Below, in pieces: positions 43,254-52,322 of a DNA stretch of 60,356 nt; the stretch's first letter is position 1, and each line of letters opens with the position of its first letter. The stretch lies in NCBI GenBank assembly GCA_963662265.2, contig CAXXHA010000005.1:1-60356 (forward strand). Direction: 5' to 3'. The notes below the pieces were generated by a model. The model did no database searches and had not been told where the DNA came from. It saw only the letters and a program-made list of their open reading frames with translations. The DNA is from Spirochaetia bacterium (GTDB lineage: Bacteria; Spirochaetota; Spirochaetia; CADAEX01). The translations under genes were made by a program, and so were the position numbers.

Positions 43254-43617
43254 TATTGACCTCTTTATTCAATTCATATTGATAAATTGACTGTGTAATT
43301 GATCTGAAAGCTTTTTCGAGATTATCATGGTTTACACAACGGTATAGGGTCAAATTTATACTGTCAAAAATTGGATCATTTTCAAATGAAATAATAATTC
43401 TTATATTTTTATCTATTCTGAATACATACATAGTATCTTCAAGTGAATCACCTAAATTGATTTTCTTAAGTTTGTATAGATCTTTATGTATATTAGAGTT
43501 GTTTTTAAGATGCTCAGAAAGATTGTTAATCTTGGCAACAATTTTAGTTTTAGTGACTTTATCTATTTTTTTTATATCAGATTCAAATTTTTTTGTTGAT
43601 TCTATTAAAATATCCAA
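43246..43617 (-). CDS. RelE/ParE-like toxin
   Basis: ILIESTKKFESDIKKID..KIVAKINNL...YVFRIDKNIRII...LYRCVNHD; TTG start with GGAG RBS. Confidence 0.65.
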   Translation of the reverse strand: MDILIESTKKFESDIKKIDKVTKTKIVAKINNLSEHLKNNSNIHKDLYKLKKINLGDSLEDTMYVFRIDKNIRIIISFENDPIFDSINLTLYRCVNHDNLEKAFRSITQSIYQYELNKEVNNG

Positions 43618-43725
43618 TTTTTCTCCTTTTATCGATTAATACCAAATTCTTTAGAACAAATAAAATAACTATAAAACTATATATCTTATGTATAAAGTAT
43701 ATTATACAGCAAAATTTATTTTCTT

Positions 43726-43779
43726 CGCTCGTCGGCCGGAGGTCCGGGCGTCTTACTCTTGGGGGGCATTTACGATAAC
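43726..43779. repeat. Cassette leader repeat with GC-rich hairpin
   Basis: Near-identical to 52281-52334; the hairpin part is also at 48584-48608. Confidence 0.9.
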
Positions 43780-43825
43780 GTATTGAGAATACCCGAAGAT
43801 GTCGGATACTCCAGATATTTAATTA

Positions 43826-43854
43826 ATCATATACCCGCCAGATTTCACACGCAA
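43826..43854 (-). promoter_or_regulatory. attC-embedded sigma70-like promoter motif
   Basis: TTGCGT-N17-TATGAT. Confidence 0.65.
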
Positions 43855-43889
43855 CAATAAAAAGCTCCGACATTTTGGGTGAACGGCAG

Positions 43890-46419
43890 TGGAAATGGCA
43901 AGTCATTTTCCCCACATTTAGGAAATTAAAAAATCCCCCACCTGCAGAAAAAAATTATACCCCCTTTTTCTCCTGAATTCTATATGAATCTCCCTCAAGG
44001 GAGAAAACATGCGCATGATGTAAAAGGCCTATCAAGCATTGCTGTTGTCATGATTTTCATCACCCATCATTTCAGACCACTGATCAAAACCTTTATTTGA
44101 AGTAATTATTACTGACGATCTTTCATAGAGTTCGCTGATAAGATTAAAAAAAAGATTGGCCTCTTTTCTGTCCGATAGGCGTATAGCCTATTTCATCAAT
44201 AATTAGTAACGAAGATCTGAGAATCCTGTTTATTCTGAATGAACTTGATCTCATAGTTTTCCATTGTTTTCAACAGTTTTATTAGTGAAGTTATCCTTTC
44301 AAAACAGACAGTGTATCCGGCTTCAATTGCCTTGTACCCGAGAGCAATTGATAGATGTGTTTTTCCCCAAGGCCGGGAGGTCCAAAGAACATGATATTTT
44401 TCAGATTTATCTATCCACCTGAAAATCCTTGAGATTATTTAACTGTTCTTCCAGTTATCCCTTTTATTCTTGAAAAAATTGAATGTCCTCAAGTTCCTTA
44501 ATTACAGGAAAATGGGCACCTGTAAGATTTCTATGGAAGACGTCTTTCATTTCTGAAATGTACTTCTTCTGTAAGAAGGATGCTTAAAAAATCAAGATGA
44601 GATTATTTTCTCCTTTGTTGCTTTTTCAAGTGCCTCATCAAGATTAACAGATATTCCCTTTAAGCTTTAGACTATCAAGTATTCCTGTACAGTAATCAAA
44701 AACAGCTCATAAAGCACCTCCTAAAAGACTTACAAGTGAGGTGTAGTAACTTAAATCCCTTTTCTTTACTTCTATGTTTTTTATTCTCATGTTTTTACAG
44801 CTTTTATTCCTGTAAGAAGCTGTGGCAGAATATCCGGATAATTTTCAGTTTCACAGCTTCTTACATAAAGATAAGACTCTTCAAAATTCCTTGCAGATAG
44901 TGTTTCCGTTTTTCAATGCATAAATCTGCAGTTTTTTGCTATTAACTTATCATCAGGATTTGAGTTTATGAAAGCATAAAGCTCGCGCTGCTGATCTCTG
45001 TAATACCTGCTGTATTTTTTGTAATTTCTGATCAACATATTGTTTTCCATGAGTTACTGCTAAATCTGTTCTTTAATTTTTTGATAAACTTCATCGGGGC
45101 TTGGAATCATAATTCCTGAAATGATTATGTTTGGTTATTTTTTTTCCCCCTTTATCGGTGAGATTTTGTGCCTGGCAATCTCTTCTCCATCTATTTTGTC
45201 ATAGATAAAAAGGTCTGTATCTGTTTGGTAAAATCCAGACAGTTTTTTTTCTGAACCTGTTAGGGGACAGAGTAAAATGAAGATGAAACACTTATCAATG
45301 ATTTACTATTTTACTTCCCTTGATTCTTTATTTATGATGCTTTCCCTTCTGAAAAATAGACGGCTTTAATTTTTTTAAAATGTGGAATCTCTTTAAGCAA
45401 AGCTTCTTGAGGAATTATTCCAGTTGCCTGGCATATTTTTACCGTTAGCTCTTCTTGAAAAGCCAATTATTTAATGCCTCCTGTATTTGAATCAAAGGAT
45501 GTGAAAATGTCCTTGCTGAAAAGAAAACTGCTTTTGATGAATTTCACAAAGTTTTCGACTTTACCTTTGCTCTCAGGGTCCTGCTTTTCTGCAGACATAC
45601 ATCTTAAACCCCCTGCTCATCCTTGAAGGCTTTTAAATTCTTTTGTATACTTAATATCTCCGCTGTTTTCTTTAACAACCATGACTTTGTCCTGATCAAT
45701 CACGATTTCTTCAGGTACCCCTCCTATTATTTCAAAAGGTATCAAGTAAATGATTTATCACATCTATGGATTTAAACGGCCTCTTCTGTACTGCTGCATA
45801 CTTGAATCTGCTTACAGATAGAATGACTCCAAAGATATATACTTTCTCACCGGTTTCTATTTCAGTTTCTCCGAAATCAAGCTGTAGTTGTTTTCCATGT
45901 GGAAGTTCTTCAACCGGTGTATAGATTCTCTTGTATTCGTAATTATCTACTTCTCCTGTTTTTCTTTAAGAAAATGAGATAATTTCTCAAAGTCCCCTTT
46001 CAGTGCCGGGAAAGTTCTCCATATTTTTCTTCAAGAACATCATAGATTGATGAAGTGTATATTTTTATTGTTATTTAAATTAAAAATATTCAGTATTTCA
46101 TCTTTGAAAGGAGCAAAAATCTTTTCCTTTTCTACACTGTTTATCTGGTATTCAAGATACTCTGCTTCCGACATTTCAAAGTATTTTCTAACTGTTTTTT
46201 CTGTCTCGATTTTTTAATTCTCTGGATATTTTTCCTTTTTGAATATCCTCTATTCTTGAAAAACTCTTATTTTTTGGTACATATTCATAGTAATCATTTG
46301 AGTCATTCCTGGTAGTTTTTGTCGTGATTACATACTAAGGTTTGACTCTTTTTTTTTTCCTATAGGGTGGGGAATTTTATTTTTCCATCCTATAGGGGAT
46401 TTCATGTTTACCATTTCCA
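43890..46419 (-). mobile_element. IS21-family element (2530 bp); istA (~46288-44712) and istB (~44710-43980) heavily frameshifted
   Basis: Ends TGGAAATGG...CCATTTCCA; 6-bp target duplication CGGCAG (43884-43889 and 46420-46425); fragments LQLDFG, PESKGKVENFVKF, GKTHLSIALG and TSNKGFDQW. Confidence 0.9.
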
Positions 46420-46489
46420 CGGCAGTTATTCCCAAGCTTTTACTGCTTATGCCTGAAACCGTGGTATTCTCTGTTATGTTTAGTTCAAA

Positions 46490-47583
46490 ATCTGACATAA
46501 TTAAATTTTTTTCAAAGTACATGGAGGTACTTTGAAATCCCGATTTATATTAAGTCAAATATTTCAACAGAGTATTTTTTTCTCCAAAAAACTCAACAAC
46601 TGTGTCCAATAGCTGTTTTTTACAGCTTTTAAAATATCAATTAATTCATTCTTATCTAGCGAATAATCAATATAAAAATGATTGTATTACACCATGTCTG
46701 TAATTAATAATATCTGAAATCCTTTTTTCAATGAAAGTAATCTTAGAACCAAGTCTTTTCTTTTTTATATAGGATACTTCTTATATCTATATTTTAACCA
46801 ATCTTTATATGCTAGATTTAATTTATCAAGATTTTGAAAGACATATCTAGATGCGATAAAGTCTTCAATAGTTTTCTGATCTCTACTAATTTCAAGTAAT
46901 TCTTGAAAATCTAATTTTTGTTTATAATTTTTTCGATATTCAAGCGCGTTTTTTATCATATTTAATTAAAACTTTAAAAGTCTCCTGAAAGAAATTTTCG
47001 AACATGGATACAGCAAAAGGAAACTAATCCATTATAGAGAACTCTAGAAGGATCATTTCTTTTCATCCATTTCTAAAGTATCATCAAATTTATCGCCAGT
47101 TGGATTTCCATATTGTGCATAATCACCAGGAATTGCTATTTCAAGTTTAGACATATTTTGTGAAATATTTTCATATATCAATGCAATTCCTCTACTTATT
47201 GGTGTTGATTTATCTTTCCATAGAGGAGCATAACGATTGGTTCCATAATCCCCTGTGATTTTTCCCCCATACACATTTACGTGCTGAACGCAAAACGTGA
47301 TTAAGCATTTCTACATCATAATAACTTGCATGATACAGGTTTTCTAACATGAAGTCCCCAACGGCAAGTTGAAAAAAACAATATCGTCATCTTTAAGAGG
47401 GTAGATATCTGCCGATACTCCATCAAATGACTTAAAATCCTCTGTTTCAAACCATGCATAATTTAAAGTTTCTTCTGGCCAATCCCAAAGATGATTGCAT
47501 TTATGAAAATTGAGATTTTCAAGCAACTCTTTTAAATCAGATTTGGTTGCTCTTTCTGGATATAAAGTAAGATCTCTTCCCAT
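46490..47583 (-). pseudogene. Fragmented hypothetical cassette gene(s)
   Basis: Consecutive ORF pieces 47344-47583, 47053-47274 and 46765-46959 within one cassette; 3' limit uncertain. Confidence 0.5.
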
Positions 47584-47648
47584 ATTTCCTTCTTCTTCCG
47601 AGCCAAGGATGGCGAGGTTTGATTACCCTTATTTAGATTTTGAATTGA

Positions 47649-47812
47649 ACATAACGTTTCAGAAATATATGAAGATGCCAGACGATCTCCATATGAAATA
47701 ATCATATACCTGCTTATATATCATCGCAACACAAAAAGTTCTGGCATTTTGGGAAAGTCTGTCTACATTCATTTTTACTACACCAGACTTGATCATATAT
47801 TTCTTGTTACAA
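47649..47812 (-). repeat. Long attC-like site, family A (164 bp)
   Basis: Plus: TAAC-gtttc-agaaatatatga...tcatatatttct-t-GTTA with two internal stems. Confidence 0.9.
47701..47729 (-). promoter_or_regulatory. attC-embedded sigma70-like promoter motif
   Basis: TTGCGA-N17-TATGAT. Confidence 0.65.
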
Positions 47813-47910
47813 GCAGTATTCTCGCAATACCCAAGCCCGTACAGCGGAGCTAGGGCTGGACGTTTATACCATATATAATCTTCTATATCTGTTATAAAAA
47901 AGACATTACT

Positions 47911-48540
47911 TTATGGTAAGAAAGTGAAATATTTCTCCGGAATAGATTTACTATCATAAATCACTCTTGGATTATTTATTTTATTCGTAATAATATCTTC
48001 AATAAATATGATATAAGCTTTTGGAAATATCTTTTCAAATGATTCTGGAAGTTCATTTAATTTATTGTGCCATAAAAGAATAAACTCAATGTCTGTATTT
48101 AGTCCAATTATATTCTCAAAACTCATTAAATTTGAATTTGTGAGTGAGAAGTGTTTCAGTTTTTTATTAGCTGTTAAATCTAATTTCTTAAATAAAAAAT
48201 CATCTCCTTCAATCCAAAGAGACTTTAATTCTGGGAGTAATTTTAAAAAAGAATAATTACTAATTCTTGTAGTAAAGAAATCAAGTCTTTCTAAATTCTT
48301 AAAGTCAGTTAGGAAAGAATAATCGTTGATGTTATTTATCATACTAAAATCAATATGAGTAACTTTATCTATATTCTCTGGAAGTATTTTTATTATTCCT
48401 GTTTTTGAAAATGCTATTTTTCCATCTTTTATAGGTAGAGAAATAGTTTCATTATTATAAGTAATATATTTTATCGAATTTTGTGAGTAAGCTGCAGTCG
48501 AGGTTAATAAAATTGTAATAATTAAAAACACTTTTTTCAT
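47911..48540 (-). CDS. Secreted leucine-rich-repeat protein (cassette)
   Basis: Signal peptide and LxxLxLxxN-type repeats. Confidence 0.75.
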   Translation of the reverse strand: MKKVFLIITILLTSTAAYSQNSIKYITYNNETISLPIKDGKIAFSKTGIIKILPENIDKVTHIDFSMINNINDYSFLTDFKNLERLDFFTTRISNYSFLKLLPELKSLWIEGDDFLFKKLDLTANKKLKHFSLTNSNLMSFENIIGLNTDIEFILLWHNKLNELPESFEKIFPKAYIIFIEDIITNKINNPRVIYDSKSIPEKYFTFLP

Positions 48541-48631
48541 AAGTTAATCCTATTCGTAGCATAATATTATTATTTCATTTCTTCGCCCGTCGGCCGGAGG
48601 TCCGGGCGATCTTCTCTTGCGAGAAAATTGC

Positions 48632-48794
48632 TTGTAACGTTTCAGAAATATATGAAGTTGCCAGGCCGATACATTTAAAATAATCATACACCTGCTGATA
48701 ATACTCCGCAACATAAAACATTCTGGCAATTTGGATGAAGGCTGTTTGCTTTCTTTTTTACTCTCCAGCCTGAATCATATATTTCTTGTTAGCA
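48632..48794 (-). repeat. Long attC-like site, family A (163 bp)
   Basis: Same outer stem and architecture as 47649-47812. Confidence 0.9.
48683..48711 (-). promoter_or_regulatory. attC-embedded sigma70-like promoter motif
   Basis: TTGCGG-N17-TATGAT. Confidence 0.65.
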
Positions 48795-48859
48795 GCAGTT
48801 CGCCCCTCTCTTATCCGGTTCTTTGATATTTCTAAAAATATACAGTAAAAAATATATAA

Positions 48860-49402
48860 TCATATCCTCCCTAATTGTGAATGATACTGATAATAATATT
48901 CATAAAAATCATTTTTACTAATTTCTAATATTTTTTTCCGCATACTTTCTGGATATTTTTCTAGATCCAATCTACCTTCTTCCGTAAAAATTTCAGGATG
49001 TTTGAGCATCTGATATAATGTAAATGCTGCCATAGCTATATTCTGTTCTTCATTAAGCAGTCTTAAACCATAACAAGTAAACATAATATACTTTTCATTA
49101 ACTGATGGATCAAATTCCATATTATCTTGAGAATCTTTGTCAGCATGTTTTAAAAAATTGTATGATTCTTTCAATTTATTAATCCACAATTTTCTATATT
49201 CATCTTTTATTAATAATGAATCATATAATAAATCTCTGCCTTTTTGCTTTGTATTAATATCGTGTACTATTTGGTATGCTGAACAAGTTAGTGTATGAAT
49301 TGCAATCGGATCATCATCCTGAAACCATAGTTTAATAGCTATAGTTATTTGTCTTTTTGCAGCTTCTATTTTAGAAATGTTTATTTTTTCCATTTTTTCC
49401 AC
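48860..49402 (-). CDS. Hypothetical helical protein with HEPN-like motif (cassette)
   Basis: SKIEAAKRQI..AI.LWF...IAIHTL...A and YNFLKHAD. Confidence 0.55.
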   Translation of the reverse strand: MEKMEKINISKIEAAKRQITIAIKLWFQDDDPIAIHTLTCSAYQIVHDINTKQKGRDLLYDSLLIKDEYRKLWINKLKESYNFLKHADKDSQDNMEFDPSVNEKYIMFTCYGLRLLNEEQNIAMAAFTLYQMLKHPEIFTEEGRLDLEKYPESMRKKILEISKNDFYEYYYQYHSQLGRI

Positions 49403-49981
49403 TTCATTTTATTTAAATCTTTCAAAAATAATTGATAATCATTTATAACACTTTCAATATGTTCATAAAATTCATTTAAAACATGTTCACCATGATCTAG
49501 TTTTTTAATTACTTCGACGGGAATGCTTTTTTGTTCCCATCTATTCCATAGTTCAATAAAATTTGTTAATTCTATATACCAGTTTCTGGTTTCTGATAAA
49601 GCTAAACCCATTTTTTCTTTAATTATTTTTTGCATCTCTCGATATTGTGGTAATAAATCATCTGTTAATTGTTTATTATCATAATTTATTATTTTATCAA
49701 ATGGTTCAAAATATTCTTCATGATCAAAAAATGGTTTTACTATGTTTTTCGCATATTTCTTTCCAAGAAATATCAGCAGCTTTACTAATTTTTAAACGTA
49801 ATTCTGATTTTGCTTGTATATCTTTTCTCAATCCTAATAATGGTGAATATAATTCATTTATTTGTTTTTCATAAAAGTCAATTTTTTTTTGAAATACAGC
49901 TTGTCGTACTCCAAAGAAAACTCCAAAAAGACCAGCTAAAAAAGTAAACAATGGAGGAATCAATATTTTAATTATTTCCAT
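49381..49981 (-). pseudogene. Single-TM-anchored hypothetical cassette protein, frameshift near 49725
   Basis: ORFs 49724-49981 and 49381-49635 join across an A6 run. Confidence 0.6.
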
Positions 49982-50043
49982 ATTTTTAACCTCTTATATC
50001 TTATTTCTACTTGATCAGGAGAATATTTCTTGGGGCGAATTGA

Positions 50044-50207
50044 TGCTAACGTTTCAGAAATATATGAAGTTGCCAGACCGCTTCACATATAATAATCATA
50101 CACCTGCTGAAAATACTCAGCAACAGAAAACATTCTGGCAATTTGGATAAAAACTGTTTACTTCCAATTATGCTTCTCCAGTTTTTATCATATATTTCTT
50201 GTTATAT
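50044..50207 (-). repeat. Long attC-like site, family A (164 bp)
   Basis: Same outer stem; inner stems aagttgccaga/tctggcaattt and gataaaaactg/cagtttttatc. Confidence 0.9.
50095..50123 (-). promoter_or_regulatory. attC-embedded sigma70-like promoter motif
   Basis: TTGCTG-N17-TATGAT. Confidence 0.65.
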
Positions 50208-50214
50208 GTTTTTT

Positions 50215-50736
50215 TTATTGGAGTGGCCACGGAAAGATACCCCTTGTAAATGATTTTTGTATTAATTCAATTCCTGAAATAAGTTTTTCTCTGTCTTTTC
50301 CAGATCCATGATATCCAATAATTCTTAGAACATGTTCATCATCAAGTTTGAGATAACATGCTATTATTTCACTCCACATATAAAAATATATATTTATTGT
50401 TTCTAAATCATCTATGATTGTCTTCTTTAATGTATAATCATCAATGTCTGAAAAGCGTTTAATGATAAATGTTTCAAGATTATCCTCAGTCATATTTAAT
50501 ATTGTAAAAGATACTTTTGCTGAATTTGGATTTTGACCACCTTTATCAATATTTATAGCTGGATCAGGTCTGAATAATTGGATAAATTCTGATTTAAAAT
50601 CTTCTCGTGAATTTAGATTCCAATCGTCATAATAGTTGAATGAAAAATAATTATTATAATTATATTGAATGATTTCTTGAGAAAAAACTGAAACAACAAA
50701 TAGTAAATGGAAAATGATAAAAACTTTTACTTTCAT
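50215..50736 (-). CDS. Secreted hypothetical protein (cassette)
   Basis: Signal peptide and GGAG RBS; fills the cassette. Confidence 0.75.
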   Translation of the reverse strand: MKVKVFIIFHLLFVVSVFSQEIIQYNYNNYFSFNYYDDWNLNSREDFKSEFIQLFRPDPAINIDKGGQNPNSAKVSFTILNMTEDNLETFIIKRFSDIDDYTLKKTIIDDLETINIYFYMWSEIIACYLKLDDEHVLRIIGYHGSGKDREKLISGIELIQKSFTRGIFPWPLQ

Positions 50737-50763
50737 AAATTATTATCTCCAATAAAAAATTAC

Positions 50764-50933
50764 ATATAACGTTCTGAGAATACCCGAAGATGTCGGGTCT
50801 TCCACGTATTAAAATAATCATACAACCACCAGTTTCCACCTGCAACATAAAAAGGCCCGACATTTTGGGTGAAAGGCAGTTAAGCCCCAAAATTTTTACT
50901 GCTTATGCCTGAACCGGGTATTCTCTGTTATCG
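50764..50933 (-). repeat. Long attC-like site, family B (170 bp)
   Basis: Plus: TAAC-gttct-gagaatacccg...cgggtattctc-t-GTTA; inner stems gatgtcgggtctt/aaggcccgacatt and aggcagttaagc/gcttatgcct. Confidence 0.9.
50817..50845 (-). promoter_or_regulatory. attC-embedded sigma70-like promoter motif
   Basis: TTGCAG-N17-TATGAT. Confidence 0.65.
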
Positions 50934-51040
50934 GATGTGCCCCCCTCTCTTGTCCAAGCCGTACGACGGAGTCAAGGTCTGGCTTTTTATCTATCTCTCG
51001 ATTATATTTCAAGATAACATTATTTTTAGATAATCTTAGT

Positions 51041-52216
51041 TTAATCTATCTGTTCAATAATTTCTTTTGCATTATCCGTCTCTTTATTACAATTTGGTGA
51101 TTCTATAAGTCTTTTATAAAAATTCTTTACGTCTAAATCACCTAATATATACCATACTTGACTATTTTTATTTCCTATTTCTAATAACATTTCTATTTCT
51201 TTATCTGTCCAATCTTGAATATGTTTAATCTTATCAATAACGGTATGAGTATTCGTAAAACTAAGACTGCTTTCAAGTGCTAAAATACCATTCAATCTTT
51301 CTTTATTTTGTTCTTGAGTCTTTTTATCATATGATTTGTCATTATCAATTTGTTCTAAAATATTTTTTGAATGAAAAACTTCAAGTTGCTCATTGGAAAC
51401 AGTTCTTACAATTATTGCTTTTATTAATTTGTCCAATTCTGAATCTTCAGAATAATCAGCTGGAGAGAAATATTTAATTCTATTTTCCCTCATCATTTTA
51501 TAAACTTTAGTTTTATCCTTTGTTTCAACATTATATACGCCTATTGAATGCCCCCCATAAGAATTAACTAATTTCATACACGGGATATCAGTGTCACTAT
51601 CACCAATATAAATTATATTTCTGAATGGCACTCTAATTTTATCTGATGAAAAGCTATCATTTACACTTTGGTCATTAATATCCAAAACACCTTTTTCTAT
51701 TCTGAATAAAAACTGAGTCTTATTTGTATAATTTATTGCTTGAGCTGGCCACTTTGCAATATCATATTCATCAAAATAAAAAGAACTTGCATATATTTTT
51801 TCAAATTCTTTTGCAACTGATGTTCCTTCAATCATTTCTTTTAAACCAGATGAAATTATATAATGTTCAATTATAACATCGCGTTTAATGCCATAATCTC
51901 TTATTCTTGAGAACCAATCTTCTACTCCAGGGAAAAGAGTAACTTTTTCACCATATTCCCTTAACACTTTTTTTGTTACTGACTGCATCCCTACTGATGT
52001 TTGAAGCATTGTATACATATATGCTAGATTTTGATCCATTTCATTATCAGTAGCAAGCTTATTTGATCTCTCCCAAAAAGTTTTTATATCATATCCAACT
52101 GACTGTATAAATCCTTGAGCTTGCATATCGTCAGGAGAAAGGGTTTTATCAAAATCATAGCAAATCGCTATAACAGGTTTTTCTTCCTTTTTTCTTCTTG
52201 AGAACTGCTCTGACAT
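51041..52216 (-). CDS. HAD-superfamily hydrolase (first cassette)
   Basis: YDFDKT (motif I), IISSG (II), K (III) and IGDSDTD (IV). Confidence 0.85.
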   Translation of the reverse strand: MSEQFSRRKKEEKPVIAICYDFDKTLSPDDMQAQGFIQSVGYDIKTFWERSNKLATDNEMDQNLAYMYTMLQTSVGMQSVTKKVLREYGEKVTLFPGVEDWFSRIRDYGIKRDVIIEHYIISSGLKEMIEGTSVAKEFEKIYASSFYFDEYDIAKWPAQAINYTNKTQFLFRIEKGVLDINDQSVNDSFSSDKIRVPFRNIIYIGDSDTDIPCMKLVNSYGGHSIGVYNVETKDKTKVYKMMRENRIKYFSPADYSEDSELDKLIKAIIVRTVSNEQLEVFHSKNILEQIDNDKSYDKKTQEQNKERLNGILALESSLSFTNTHTVIDKIKHIQDWTDKEIEMLLEIGNKNSQVWYILGDLDVKNFYKRLIESPNCNKETDNAKEIIEQID

Positions 52217-52322
52217 ATCTGTAGATCCTCCTCTTTACTTTTTTGTAGTCTAATTCAATTCATAATCATTATAATCTTATCGCCCGTCGGCCGGAGGTCC
52301 GGGCGATCTTCTCTTGGGGGGC

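Larger units (their letters stand above)
43773..46479 (-). repeat. Long attC-like site, family B, split by IS21 (halves 43773-43889 and 46420-46479)
   Basis: Rejoined halves align with the site at 50764-50933. Confidence 0.9.

Noticed and set aside
46328-50890. Small ORFs overlapping IS ends or attC-like sites (46328-46522, 47510-47701, 50660-50890) and the many antisense ORFs in the track
   Set aside because: They overlap better-supported features and lack RBS or protein motifs.
47649-50933. Long repeats as sense-strand riboswitches/ncRNAs or as MITEs
   Set aside because: Wobble pairs favour the non-coding strand, boundaries are AAC/GTT with cassette-specific complementarity, and there are no target duplications.
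43726-52305. GC-rich hairpins as group II intron remnants
   Set aside because: No GUGYG 5' end, domain V consensus or reverse-transcriptase ORF recognised.
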